A DNA stretch of 60,153 nt, the filler included, from Sphacelaria rigidula (Eukaryota): assembly GCA_964200075.2 (NCBI GenBank). It is 9 parts of 9 records of this genome, joined end to end, with 100 filler letters (N's around TTAATTAATTAA, not from the genome) between each part and the next. Parts side by side here need not be neighbours in the genome. Positions count along the whole stretch, not along the records: positions 1 to 6,595 come from CAXNAA020019155.1; positions 6,696 to 13,290 come from CAXNAA020019156.1; 7 more parts are not named here. The stretch is one strand, 5' to 3'. The notes beneath the pieces were generated by a model, which was not told where the DNA came from, did not search any database, and saw only the letters and a list, made by a program, of their open reading frames with translations. The position numbers and the translations under genes are program-made. Below are positions 1 to 12,905 of this stretch, piece after piece; position 1 is the first letter of the stretch; every line of letters starts with the position of its first letter.

Positions 1-459
1 CCCTTGTCCCCTGGTCATCATCCAGGATCCTACACATGCTACATCTACCACGCCTTGGTGTTTTTTGGCTACACGGCCCATTTTCCCTTTTTATGTGGCA
101 CGCTTTTGTTGTTCTCCATTCTAACTTTCAAATCACAATTCTAAAAATTGAGCTAAAACATTGAGACAAGGCCGAAGAGCAATGTTCATTTCTCCTTAAA
201 ACTCCACCAAAAACACGAAAAAACATTCAAAAAGTGGGAAAAAATGAAAAAAAGGTGACAAGCTGTTTCCATTTTGTCCTGTTATGCACTAGCGGTTCAC
301 CACACGAAATTTGATGGAAGACACTTTCTACGATAGCCCCACCCCCAAAAGTGCATGGTTTTGGGAGGCAAAATCTTTGCGTAAATCGAAATGGAAAAAG
401 CCGAGCACAACGAGCAGCTGGGAATTCCCACGCTTGGGTTTGTTCTCGCTTTAATTGCC

Positions 460-545
460 GATACGAGGCGTATATGCATCTTGAACCCAAACATCAGGTG
501 CTGTATGGCCATTTTTGTCGCAACACTTTTGGGCTGTTTTTTTTT
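460..545 (+). repeat. Dispersed repeat shared with the end of contig 7 (46690-46765, minus)
   Basis: ATACGAGGCGTATATGCATCTTGAACCCAAACATCAGG...GTATGGCCATTTTTG matches the reverse complement of 46690-46765. Confidence 0.75.
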
Positions 546-1569
546 GGGGGGGGGGCTGTCGTAAAAAGTGTCGGAACAACTCTCAAGAACTGAGACGCGA
601 TATCCAGTTTTAGGGCACCTGGTGCCTCTGCTCGTAATATATTGATTTTAGTATAGAAAATTATGTGCGCCATATCTCGGGATAGATAACGAATTAGGTG
701 AAGGTGAGGGTATTTATCGTCTCCGCTTACTCCAGAGAATGTCCACACCAAAATTGGTTGTAATTTGCTGAATGCATCGATCGGGGGTTTCATATAGATT
801 TTTGTATCGACGTCATCTCCGTTAGGTATAGGAATTACTAGACACGGGGTTTAGTCAACGAGAAAATATGGGCCCAAACTTCTAAGCAGATGGGCACCTT
901 TGCCTTGGTTAGACGATCAATACGATATGCGGATCACGGCCCAACTCGTCTGTGTCGACGAGATATTGCTTTGCTTTTAGTGCTCAAATCCGTTTTTAGG
1001 CTGGCCCAGCTCGTAGCACATGCGGAAGCACTCGCTATGATTCAAACGGATGTGAGAGATTTCCCCCCCAAACGATGAGGTTTTTTCCGCGAGTACTAGG
1101 TTTTGCACATCGTTTGATTTCAAGATGAGTTTTTCCCGTGGTCATCGCTAGCCCCGAAATTCCGCGGTTTTCTTGTCGTTGGCGTGATATAAGGCTGATG
1201 GCGTCCATCTGTGAGTGGATTTTCCCTGGTATATGATAAGCCGTGACACTCCCTGCTTTGCATTGAACAGCATGCACAAAGCAAAAGAGGGGGTGTTACG
1301 GCGGATATCAGTAGCATATACAGAGGGCGTTCTCGATGTGCGTAATATGTACGATAGGTCGTGTTCCAGCTGTACGTTATTCGTGTTTTATTCCAGTCGA
1401 GTTTTGCAGTACTATATAGTACCACCCGGCCGGTCAGTCGTTTTCAGCTACCTAGCAACACCTAATACCAAAAGCTATCAGCTACCACTTGGAGACATCT
1501 CGCTTGCAAGCAAGTCCAGCACACACCTCTGCACGTAAAAGTGAGTCTATGTTTTGCGTTAGGATGCAG

Positions 1570-2520
1570 TGCTGATTCGGACTCAAGGGTCTATATGCCA
1601 CGAGCTGGAGCACTCGATTGCAGTTATCTTCCACAGCCGGCCGTCTGTTTATTGCAACTCCTGGCATGGCGTGTTCCTGGAGAGTGATGCCCTTATCACG
1701 TCGTGGTCAGACCACGCAACACATGACCGACTGTGTGAAACAAACTCAAAACGTGCCCATCGCTGAACCGGATGCAAGTCTCACACAACCATTTCCGGCG
1801 CAAGTTCAAAGCCTCATATGATCATCTTTGACAGGGCGCGAGAGTTTTGTTTTCACATACTCGTAGCCATCATTGGACCTGTTCGGGAACACAGATACGT
1901 GAGACAGACACATGCGAAGCCGGTCACGTGGAACGCCTTGCAACAACCACTCGTCTACCATACATCGCAAAATCGTTGATGATGAGGATCACTTCTCGCG
2001 GTACAGCGTGAATCGTTCGAGGCCGTGAAGTGCCCGTGCCGTTACTCCCTGAGAGCCGCGATTGAACGACCGCTCGACGAGAGAATGTAGTAAGCAGCTC
2101 ATACCTCCGAGAGGCCATGATCGCCGCTCCCATGATACACGCATTTAACACCGTAGTTCGGGGCGGAACAATTTTATCTGCGCAAATCATCACCCGCGAC
2201 GATGTGCGGCGCTTGACACAACTCGCACATTCTCGACCTGACGCTGGGGGTCGTATCTCATGGGTATGTGCAGACGTGCTGCGAGTTACCACGAAGGCCT
2301 GCCACTATCGTTTGTATTTCATGAGCGCAGACACGAAATCCACTGCGACCCATCCCGGTGTCTCGCAAGAAACGACCACAAGTGCAAAATATCCAAGACA
2401 CGCACATCTTTCGTCACTGTACGAGGCGTCGCCACCATATCAGTCATCCTACGATAGGGGGGGCGGGGACTGGGACCATTTCTTCCACGTACATGCCTCT
2501 TCAAATCGTCGTTGAAAGCA
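1570..2520 (-). pseudogene. Possible highly decayed DNA-transposase remnant (Zisupton/KDZ-like motifs)
   Basis: Minus-strand motifs in the expected order but different frames: VRVLDILHL, KIVPP, GNGCV, ARGI*TLES (cf. LDxFH...IPxP...GCxxDP...RGxxxLExxH). Confidence 0.25.
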
Positions 2521-3169
2521 GCAACGCTTGTTCGAACGCACTTGTTACCGATGAGATAAACTCACTGATATTGCTTGACACCGGTTTCACCCAGAAGAAA
2601 TCCCACTGCGAGTGTGTTAGGTCATCTCACACGCCTATGAGCGTCTCGAGTTTCGTGGAAACAAACCCCACCTCGCCCCCGCCCTCAGAGTAGGATCACC
2701 CAACACTCAAATGCTGTACGCGAAACACTATGAATACGATCTGTGAGCATCGTATCAACGGCGGGGGTCGAACGATAAGACTCGCGAGGCAGATGGCTCG
2801 TGGTGCTGATACCAGATACTACTCAATGTATACAGCACACATTTTCCTTTACTTCACCAATATTTGACGTATAATTTAATGGGTACCCATCACTCAACAC
2901 CATAGTCTCACCGACGACTCTATTCTACTCGACATCGATTACAGTACTGATACCGGGGGTTCGTCAAGATCCCATATCCAAGTTATCTTCCACTCCAATA
3001 TCTACACACAAGGGGTATTCTGCGTCATAACAATCCACCTTGAGCTAACCTACGTCAGCGAGACTACAGTAGTAAGCATGAAGTATAATTGGGTTTCAAC
3101 CAACATGCGAGCACACGGACTGCTTTGCCATTTCTCTTCTCCGTATTCATCGTCACAGTTTCAACTCTT

Positions 3170-3462
3170 CCCCTCCCTCGCGATGAGTCCGTGGTCGCAA
3201 GAGATCGACCCATCTTTCCTCGAGTACATGCTTTACATTTGGGAATCGTGATTAGATCAGCACTCCGGCCCCGCGTCTACTTGATTCGTCCAAGTTCATT
3301 CAGAAACAAACCAATTTTACGATTCAGGTTCCCACGCGTTCAACGACGGAAATCAGACACTTGCGAGGGAAACCTTCAACCTGAACGCATCGGGCTGGGG
3401 TCGAATCCACATTTTCTCCGGCCAGATGATGTCAACGGCACCGTTGGACTTCCAAGGCGCCG
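3170..3462 (-). mobile_element. tRNA-derived SINE family A, diverged copy
   Basis: Similar along its length to 34378-34790. A B-box-like GGATTCGACCCC lies on the minus strand near 3400. Confidence 0.7.
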
Positions 3463-3749
3463 TGACTGTTATGGATGCTGCGATTGAGGCGCGCGTACCA
3501 CCAAATTACCAATGCGTTGCCAACGAGTATGGTATGCTCTATATTAACATATCTTCTCGTCCTGCGATTGGTAGCATTCGTTTTCAAAGAGAATTTGCCA
3601 GTGCACAACCTCGGCTATTTGAGTTTGTTTTTAGTTGCGAGGCGTGATATGTTTAAACTTCATGTTCGCCGGCCCTGAGATGCCGAGGAACTGTTCAGGA
3701 TCGATGATAGGTGGAGCAGTCAACTCCCACTCCACCTCTTGTACCCACC

Positions 3750-5790
3750 TGCATGACCGTACATTGCAGCAGCGAAGAGTGCCAGGCAGAGAATAAAGGT
3801 TGACGGTATTTCAGCAAGCGCTCCAACCACGGTAACTTTATATTGCCAACGCCATTCCCACCATGAACATAAGCTACAACTTAGCTTCTTTTTTCGTGTG
3901 TACCTGGTTCATAGCTGCGTGATGAACGTACCGTTAGTCTTCCGGACGAAACCAAGCTTGACTCCTTGAAAACTGATTATCCAGAAAAAATATAAATTAT
4001 CTCAGACCGATGCCCATATTCCAGACGGAATATTCCAGATGGGTATGACATCCCAGCTTGAAAGCTCGAGATGATACCATGCTCCCATGAACTGTTGCAG
4101 GTGTGATCAACGCTCGTGGGGACCATGTACCTCATTCATCCCAACCGCTGTGGAATTGGTCTGAGAGACGGATAATTATCGCCCGTCTTTTGTGAGTTGC
4201 AATGGACGCGCAAACCTCCATGTCTCCGCTTCTGTTTGAGCGTCGTCACAAAACCAAGTGGTGCGGATCTCCCGACACCCTCGTCGAGGTAAAGTCCAGG
4301 CAGCGGCTAGGGAGCTGTATGAAACTAAATTCGCTTGAGATTCCCATCGAGTCCTTTCTGCTCCCTACAAAAAAAATACACGCCTAGCTGTAGGAGTCAC
4401 CTCGACATCGTGAGGACGGGCTTTACTGCTTTCACATCTAAAGTCACCGACCTCGATGGTGCCAGATACGTCACGCCCGACTACATTGCAGTCGTGCACC
4501 AGGTACCAGCTCCCGTTATGATCACCTCTAGAACAAGCACGACTGCACGAATAACAAATGAAACGCATCTTGCGTACCCCTGGAGGTAAATCGGGGTCGA
4601 CGCTAAATTTGAGAGCCCGAGGCCTTCAGTTCTGCCGGTGACATCGGGGTGTTATTCCTCGATACACGCAGGCGTAACTCCTACTGGAGTTCTGCAGTTA
4701 CCCCCGACACGTCCTTTGTTCAAATCGCCATAGACAAAACGTTTGTCCACGTCTGGCTGGCCGCTGACGCCTGAGACGTCGCGCGTTTCTTGCAAACCCA
4801 TTGTTGCTGCATGTACCCCATGGCGAGGCAAAATTCGAAAGCAAGCGCAATGACGCGCGATCCTCAGAATTTGTTGCGGGGGTACGTTGCCAAACGTGAC
4901 GCTTCACCGGCGTTTTCTCAAGAACGGGGATACACTTTGTGGTGTGCATCATACCTAGCAGTACCAGACCCGCGCCATCAACAGCCCATTATATCGTCTC
5001 AAGGGCCAATGATCGTCGTGAGCGTGGAAGGGGTGTCACATTTTTTCAGCTTCTCCCCGCCCTTGTTCCTGTTGATTAGGGCCAAAAGGGTAGAGGGTGC
5101 GTGAAATATCGCCAAATAGGAGACCAGTATCTCCGTGTCAAATGGGGCGAGCCGTGGCGTTTCTTTCTCATACTCATCAGGTAAAAATGATCGAGTGACT
5201 CGCTTTATATCCGACTAGGGATGAATGCGAGGGGCAGTGGAAACCAGAAACTGGCAAACCCTTGCCTGATCTTATCGTCCACTGGCCATATCCTCGGCTG
5301 GCAACCTTACCGATGTTCCCACTCATTTTCTGCTGTCGCTTAATCCCTTCTCTCCTTATTTCCCCCGTGCCTTTACCTCTAGGGGTGTTGTTGCCACGCC
5401 CTTGAAAAGCTGTGGCAACAGCTCGTGCCTGGATAGTGTGGTTCCCAAAGAGCTTCCACTACAGTTTTCTGGAGCGGGGGATACTGCCGTCTTTACCGGT
5501 GATCATGATGCAGGGGGAGATCATCTCTTGTTTCTCGCGTGTTTTTTTTTCTCAGATCGTCATTTTTTCACACCTTCTATCGGGACCGGTCATTTTTGTT
5601 TTGGCTCTCCTTCTCGTTCATATATTTTTCACATGCTGTCTGCAGTCTCATTTCCGTCAATTTCACTCCATTGCTCCATCCTTCCTTTTTGTCTCCCGTC
5701 ATCCTCGTGTTCTCTTCAGCCAAGATTTCGATTTTTCCCACCCGGCTCTTGACCACGGCTGGATCCCATGAAGATCAGTGCATGTGCGAA
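3750..5790 (+). mobile_element. Decayed non-LTR (RTE-like) LINE: RT remnant plus 3' region; boundaries approximate
   Basis: GIGLRDG*LSPVF (~4153-4190) resembles QGLRQGCVLSP. LAYPWR*IGVDA and ACTPW resemble later RT motifs. The 3' end ACCACGGCTGGATCCCATG...GTGCGA (5752-5790) is shared with the (AATC)n-tailed repeats at 22605 and 22955. Confidence 0.45.
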
Positions 5791-6470
5791 AATACTTCAC
5801 ATCAATCAACCAACTTAAGAACAAAAATGCGACGAATTGCCCCCCAAAACACCTCCCTGTCGTTGTGCGATTTCAAAATCGAATTTCCGCATTGGTGGAA
5901 ACGAACGTCAAATTCGGTGGGGGCGGCGTCAGCAGATCACTGCCCCGGCTGCACAAGTGACCCCCGACACGCGATCATGATAAGCTGATCTAGTCATTCT
6001 TTATCCTTTAAATTGAGTAAAGTGGGCATGAGAAAAGTCCACGTCAATCTGAATTTTTCAGATTCTGCATTAGGTTTCAGCTTCGAAAATTTCTCGCACT
6101 TTTGGCCCAACCTACTCATGACGAATGGTGAAAATATCACGAAATTCGAGAACGCGTCAAGCTTTACTGGGTGTTACTCCCTCAAAATAGGAACACGGTA
6201 TTTCGTCCCTATGAGCCCCGGTGATTCAACTGGCTCGTCTCGAAATTGGTGCGGGCGGAGTAGGGAGCTTCAAATTTATCAGGAAACGCGAGATGAAATC
6301 ATTCCGTTGTCGGAGACGTGAGCATGTGAGTAGCGAAGAAATTTGACGAAAGTCGACGGACGCGCTGCGGGAGGACCAGTCCAATATTCAGCAAATGAAC
6401 GCCACACATGCACCAGGGACAAAAAAAGTGTAGATGCCCTGTGACTGCGAACTAGTCCCAAGGACGCGAC

Positions 6471-6595
6471 GGGGGGGGTAGGGGGGGAGGGGGGTACTCA
6501 TGATCATGCATGCCATAGTCATCAGACCATTGACCTCGCATACTACAAAGCCGGGACGGAGCACGACGGGTTTTCGCCGGACCAGACTCGCACTC
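6471..6595 (+). repeat. High-copy G-run-headed repeat (also 6696-6812 minus, 13391-13460 minus, 33277-33375, ~56695-56815)
   Basis: Poly-G then GTACTCATGATCATGCATGCCATAGTCATCAGACCATTGACCTCGCA...GCCGGGACGGAGCAC. Five copies, four of them cut by contig ends. Confidence 0.9.
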
Positions 6596-6695
6596 NNNNN
6601 NNNNNNNNNNNNNNNNNNNNNNNNNNNNNNNNNNNNNNNTTAATTAATTAANNNNNNNNNNNNNNNNNNNNNNNNNNNNNNNNNNNNNNNNNNNN
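6596..6695. other. Artificial contig-joining spacer (also 13291-13390, 19986-20085, 26681-26780, 33376-33475, 40071-40170, 46766-46865, 53460-53559)
   Basis: Identical N44-TTAATTAATTAA-N44 (stops in all six frames) occurs 8 times. The pieces between are 6595 bp (x7), then 6594 bp (x2). Confidence 0.98.
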
Positions 6696-7356
6696 CCCCC
6701 CGGTTCCTGCGAAACCCCGCCGTGCTCCGCCCCGGTTTTGTAGGGATGCGAGGTCAATGGTCTGATGACTATGGCATGCATGATCATGAGTACCCCCCCC
6801 CCCCTCCCGGAGGGCAGTTTTTCGAAAGCGTCATGTTTCTCTTTTCGCTGGTATTGTTGAAGGGAATCGATCAACAAAGACTGCGATAACCGAAAAGTCT
6901 GGCGGGCTCTGCGAGGTTCATATATCTGCTCCTGCTCCGTGCCCGCCCTATCCCGATGATCTCGGATGCCGGCAACGCTCACACACACTTATGTACAATA
7001 CACGAGCGCACGGTAGTGGTAGCCTATAGCGAAAGTAGCAACATTATCTCACGCCTTGCAAAATTTACCTGGACTAGTGGTGAGTAGTCGAGGCACAGGA
7101 CACGGAACATGATCACATCAATGTAATGATCATGTTAGGTGATGAGCTTTGAGGGGCCGTGTGTCCGTCATCTCAGCGGTCCCCACGCCAAGGATCTCTG
7201 TACACGACAGCTGACCGCATCCGCCAACGCCTCGGCAAAACATTAGGGGACAGCAGGCTGGATGTGCGCCCCCCCGCCCATCACCTCCCTCCCCCTCAAA
7301 AACTCGAATCTTCGATCTTGGGGCCTATCTGTCCCGAAATATTTCTTCGACAGACC

Positions 7357-7610
7357 TGCAGCCAAATGATACCAAGCCGCAAGGTTGCAGTATAATCGCG
7401 TGCATCATTGGAGCAGTGGCCGGGGACAGGAGATCCTGGATTGATGGCACTTTTCTGTGTGACCCCTTGCTGTCTGGCTTGTGATCCGTTGAGGATCACT
7501 CCGTGATAATAACAGGCTAGAAGAAAGGACTTGTCAAACACGAGGCCACTGATACTGGAGGAGTCTCTCGCTGAAAGTCCTCTTGTCCAGATCGTCCGGC
7601 AGAGGCTAAA
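7357..7610 (+). repeat. 5' LTR
   Basis: TGCAGCC...GCTAAA. Ungapped match to 12652-12905 with about 28/254 mismatches by hand count. Confidence 0.93.
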
Positions 7611-7682
7611 ATATCCAGATATTATTCTCGGCACTCTGTTAGAGGAGTTTGGCTGTGAAAAAGGGGCGCAGCTGAAAGAAGT

Positions 7683-8930
7683 TTGGCAAGCAGCCGGAAA
7701 GAGACTAACTTGAAGCACACAGCGGTGGAGGACGCTCCGTGGACTGGAAGACCACAAGCCAGGCAAGAGTCTCTCCGTGAGGTGTGTAATCCTAGACGAC
7801 ATGGATCAAGCGGCGGCAGCACTGCTGGTTTGGGTGAGCCGCTAAACCCGCCAAAGTACGGCGAGGTGTGGACCGAGGAAGCATCACGCGGTTTTTACGC
7901 CGCTTATCTCGATAACGAAGAGCGTTTGTGCCTTGCAAATGCACAAGGAGTGGTAGGGCATGCAAGAGTGAGCATTGGACAACTCATCCTTACATAAATA
8001 CATCGGTGCTTTGAATGCATGTACAAGGACCGTCGTGTTTTGATCCCCAAGGAATTGCCAGATGCTGTGAAGCAGCATGCCGGGTACACCACAATCGGCG
8101 GCAAACATGATACTGCGCGGGCTGCAGCAGAACTGCGTAGAGTGCTTTCAATGCAGCAAAGCGGTGGAACATCCATCAAGGGTAGAGCGATGATGGTTAA
8201 CTCATCGATGGAAAGGTTCTTCGCTGAGAATTTCACGGTGCAAGCCATGTACCTTGCGGAGGATAGGAGCTGGCTGCCAGGCCCTGTCGAGTCGGTTTCC
8301 ACAGCTTTGGTAGCCGGAATTTCGCCTCCGGAATTCAAGGCGTACGTCAGAAGCCTCCTCACGTATGTAGACGGCTGGAAAAAGAACCCGACCGTGGTGT
8401 TCAACAAGATGTTTGATGCCGCTGACCACTGGAAGTTCGTTGAGGCGCATGGCCGGCCCGACTCTGCGGCAAGTGCAGGTGTTGCGCGCCGCAAACAACG
8501 ACATCAACAGAAACAGCAGCCGTCTTCGCGAGCGCCGTCCACTCGCGCATGTTACAACTGCGGCGACAACGGACACCTGATGAAGGATCGTCACAAGCCT
8601 CGCGCTCAAGGCGCTGCTCAAGGAAATGCGCGAGATTCATCAGGATCTCGCGGGGGTCGCCACGATGGACGGGGCGTTGCCAACCATGGACGCGGGCGTG
8701 GCGGCCGCGGTAGAAAGCAATCGGCGGCGGATGGTGGTTCCTCCGCAGCTGTTTCTTCGACTACGTTATCAGGTGGTGACTCTGGATCTTCTGTTTCGTC
8801 CGTATCAGGGCGGGCAGTGTACGTGGGAGGTGCAAATACTTCGGTGGGAAGTGCTGGAGCGGATAGTTCGCAACCCCTCGGCCAGGTAGGATTCGTGTCT
8901 GGGCATCTCCTACTGCTGCAACGGCTGTAG
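7683..8930 (+). pseudogene. gag: Gypsy gag (frameshift near 7990; degenerate zinc knuckle)
   Basis: ORFs 7683-7997 and 8019-8930; CYNCGDNGHLMKDR (CCHC with the last C lost); homologous to the gag at 46866-47844. Confidence 0.85.
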
Positions 8931-8953
8931 GAGCACCGTCTGCATATTCGACG

Positions 8954-11900
8954 ATGTGGTTTGGGTGGTCCACCGATTCTCAATTTTCGACGCCAAGTGC
9001 TGGAGCGCAACCCTGGCGTCAGGTGACTCTTGGTACCGACCAGGGTTATTCGGCAGGTGTGGTGCCTATCGATCGCAGCGCAGAGTGTATACGCGCGGCT
9101 CTTTCCTTGCCTGGTTCCGTAGGTTCGTTCATGGCCCGCGTTATTCTGGATTCTAGGTCCGCGCTCACGTTGATGGGTGTGGGGTTGCTGGAACAAATGT
9201 CTTCGCAGTTTGGCGGCGCTCAACTACAGCTTCCGTTCGAAACTGCACCGCAAATGGCGCAGATCGCCACGGGTACTCCCGTGACCGTTACTCATAAAAT
9301 GGTGTCGATCGCTGTTAGCGTGCGTACGCCGTGGGGGGCTGTGGAGTTGCAGCCCATTACTTTCGCTGTCATGCCCGGCAGGCATAACGTGGTTCTGTTT
9401 GGAATGGCGACGATGAAGGAGCTCGGGATCGATTTGTATCCGCTGGCGTTGGATAAGATACGCCCGCGTGCTGTGTCGATGCAAAACGGCGTGGAAAACC
9501 TCAGCTATCTTGCTGCGAGGCGTGTGATCGTATCCATACGGTCGTTCCAGAGAGCCAATGAGGAGGAGGCTCCGGCGGATGCAGCGGTGGAGCGCTTGGT
9601 CGATCGGGGACCCGAAATGTTCATGGGCTCTAGGGAGGAGAGAGGTGCCAGAGAATGTGCGCTGGAGGATAGCGTGCAGCAGGCCGAGCAGAAGGGTCTG
9701 AGCGCCGATGGTGCATATCGTCTGCGTGATATTTTGGCTCGTCGCGTGGATACTTTTTTCGTCGTGCGCTGCATGGTGACCCGCCAGAGCGCGTGGAGCC
9801 AATGAGGGTGCAACTCAAGCCACAGGCGAAGGCTGTGAAGGCAAAGCCTCGTCGTTACGATGCGGAGAAGACCGGGTGGCTTGCTTCATGCATCGCAGCT
9901 TTGGTGTTTGGTTTGTTGGTTAGAAACGTTCAGGCTGTGTGGGCGAGTCCGGCGATGACGATGCTGAAGCGGGACACATTCCGTTTGGTCAGCGACCACC
10001 AGGCGGTGAACGCGCAAATGGAATAGTCTCCGGGGGTGATGCCAAGCCAAGAAGACATGCGGGAGTTGCTGGGAGCCCAATGCTTCGGCAAGTTGGAACT
10101 GCTCCAGGGGTATTGGCAGATGCCTCTGGCGCCGGAGGCTCAGGAGATCTTCACGATCGTCACACCTGACGGTTTCTGTACGCATTCTCGTGCCCCGCGG
10201 GGCGTGTTGAACGCCACGGCGTATTTTCAAGGTGTGCTGACTGACATCTTGGGAGGTCTAAACTATGAAGTGTGGGTGAATGACGTTTTCTATTTTGATG
10301 AAACCGAAGAAGCATTGCTAGCTTTCCTTGACGAAATTATTGGCCGCCTGGAGAGTGTTGGTCTGTTCGTCGCTGCGCAAAAGTGCACTCTTTTTACCCG
10401 CGAAGTGATTTGGTGTGGTGAGGTGTAATCCAAGCGCACTGTTTCGCATGATCCAGTCCGCATCGAAGATTTGAGCAACATGTGACGTCCTCAAATCGCT
10501 AGTGAGCTGATGCAGTATCTGCAGGGGGTAAATTGGTTACGGATTTCGCTCCCGCGCATGGCGGAAGTAGTGGCGCCGCTTCGTGTGTTTTCGGAACAAC
10601 TTATGATAGGAGCTTCGCGTCGAACCAAGTGGATAGCGCGTAATCCTATCATCCTGGAGGGCGCTTGGACGGAGGATCGTGTGCGGGCATGGCGTGCTGC
10701 GCAAGATACGGTGGCACAAGCGGTGCAGCTTTATCATCCTCATCCAGGGTGCGCTGTTCTGATGTTTCCAGATGCTCCGGATTTCCACGATTTCCACCGG
10801 GGTAGTTTTTGAGCGCAAGTGCCTGTCGCCGAGTTTAGTAGTGGCATTGCGCTCGAAAAAATGTCACACGAACCGTTGGCTTTTCTGGGTGGTAGCTTCA
10901 AGGGTTCACAGTTGCGATGGGCCACAGTGGACAAAGAAGGCTTCGCGATAGTCAATACATTTTGAAGGCTAGAGTACTTGCTTCGGGGTGGTGTTCGCAT
11001 TTTCACCGATCATCGCAATCTGAAACACATTTTTCACCCCGAAGAGTGTATCACAACGGTGACGAAGGCCATGGTGCAACGGCTTAAAAATTGGAAAGGA
11101 GTGCTCGGCCAATATCGGTATGCCATTGAACACATTCCTGGAGGTAATTGTTGAGGAGATTCGTTGCCTCGCTAGGTTAAGGTTCCTACCGTCCCTCTTC
11201 GTTCTGTTGCCATGTACAGCTCGTGTGATGCCAATGATTCGCTGCCCTCGTTAGGTGTCATTCGTACCGCGCAGCGCAAAACAGTCGGCGACGGTGTTCA
11301 TTCTTCCCCTCCGACTTTCCGTCAAGCTGCCTTGGCTGACGATGGTTTATTTCGCGTGCGTGTTCGCAGTAGTAATGTTTTGTGGATTGCGTAGGATGAT
11401 AAGACTTTACAAACTCGCTTGATGGTGTGCGGTCACATGCGGTCGGCTGGTCACCGTGGTGTGTCGCCGACTCTGTTTCGTTCGAAAGAATACTGTGTGT
11501 GGCCTCACATGGATTCCCACGTTCGCGAGTATGTTCGCCAGTGTTTGCGTTGTGTAGACACTGGTGCTGGTGCGATCGTACCTCGTCCGTATGGCGATAC
11601 TGTGCATGGTACTGCGCCAGGTGAAGTTGTTCACTTTGATTTTTTGTACGTCGGAAGTAGTGGACCTGAAGGTGCTAATGGTTTGCCCGATGAGGATGGT
11701 TTTCGGTACGTTTTGGTTATCATGGGTGATTTGTCTGACTTCGTTTGCTTGGAGCCGACCGAGGCTTGCACCGCCGAGGTTACGGCGAAGCACTTGATGC
11801 ATTGGTACAAGACTTTGGGGGTGCCGCGTGTGTGGATTAGTGATATCGCCACGCACTTCAAGTATCGAGTCATCGCGCAGCTGAGCGACGCGCTCAAGGT

Positions 11901-12573
11901 GCAACACAAATTTGCTGTTGCGCATACCCCTCGGTCGAATGGTACTTGTGAACGCATGATGAAAGAGGTTGTTCGTGCGTTGCGGTCTATTTTGCCAGTA
12001 CAAAGACGGTCGGTGTCTGAATGGGCTGATGTTCTGCCAGCCGTTCAGTGAGCGTTGAATACTTCTTTTCGTGAAGGTTACCGTAACACTCCGTACTGTG
12101 TGATGTTTGGTCGTGCGCCGCGTACAGCGTTTTCCGCGCGGGCTTCTGTCACTGGCGGCGAGTTGATGTCCACATGGACAGGTCCGAGGCGAGTGGTCAG
12201 AACCGATCACCCTCACGTGTATTCGGTGCAGAACATTGTTTCGGGCATCGTACACTCGGCCCATGTCGCTCGTACGCGTTTCTATGCTGACTCGCAGTTG
12301 TACATCACTGCGGAACTCAAACATGTATCTCAGCATTCGTATGCTCAAGGTGAATGTCGGATGAATGCTTTGGTGCATGTCGCTGAGGATGAGAATGGTG
12401 GTGCCGTTGTTTTCGTCGATTGGGATGGGTTCGGTGCTGAAGAACGTACGTTGGAGTCTCTTCGCAAGATTCATGTTTCTGTGCCTGAATTTATTTTGAA
12501 GGAACAGCGTAAAATGAGATTGACTCAAGCGCTGACAAGTACAGTAGCGTCGGATCATGGCATTTCTTTGTGA
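8954..12573 (+). pseudogene. pol: Gypsy pol: protease, RT, RNase H, integrase, chromodomain (disrupted)
   Basis: ILDSRS (protease), LELLQGYWQ and VWVNDV (RT), MFPDA and EPLAFLGGSFKGSQLRWATVDKEGFAIV (RNase H), GHMRSAGHRG...CLRC / VHFDF / SNGTCERMMKE (integrase), VFVDWDGFGAEERTLESL (chromodomain). Confidence 0.92.
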
Positions 12574-12651
12574 TCTGGCGCATGCGATCTCGCCTTAGTC
12601 CTTGTCCGTTGTCAAGATCGTTCGTTTGTCTTGAACTCGCTTTGAGGGTGC

Positions 12652-12905
12652 TGTAGCCAAATGATACCAAGCCGTAAGGTTTCAGTATTACCGCATGCAT
12701 GATCGGAGCAGTGGCCGGGGACAGGGGATCCTGGGTTGATGGCCCTTTTCTGTGTGTCCTCTTGCTGTCTGACTCGTGATCTGTTGAGGATCACTCCGTG
12801 ATAATAACAAGCTAGAAGGAAGGACTTGTCGAGCACGAGGCCAGTGATACTGGAAGATTCTCTCGCTGAAAGTGCTCTTGTCCAGATCGTCTGGAAGACG
12901 CTATA
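12652..12905 (+). repeat. 3' LTR
   Basis: TGTAGCC...GCTATA, direct repeat of 7357-7610. Confidence 0.93.

Larger units (their letters stand above)
7357..12905 (+). mobile_element. Full-length decayed Ty3/Gypsy LTR retrotransposon with chromodomain integrase
   Basis: Two 254-bp LTRs; domain order gag-PR-RT-RNaseH-IN-chromo; candidate 4-bp TSD GACC/GATC; many stops and frameshifts. Confidence 0.95.

Noticed and set aside
6471..6812. Apparent inverted-repeat pair across the first gap, and the regular 6695-bp spacing of TTAATTAATTAA
   Set aside because: Artefact of joining length-sorted contigs; adjacency across spacers has no biological meaning.
8920..8960. Programmed gag-pol recoding signal
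   Set aside because: The element has many random disruptions and there is no clear slippery heptamer; it cannot be told apart from decay.
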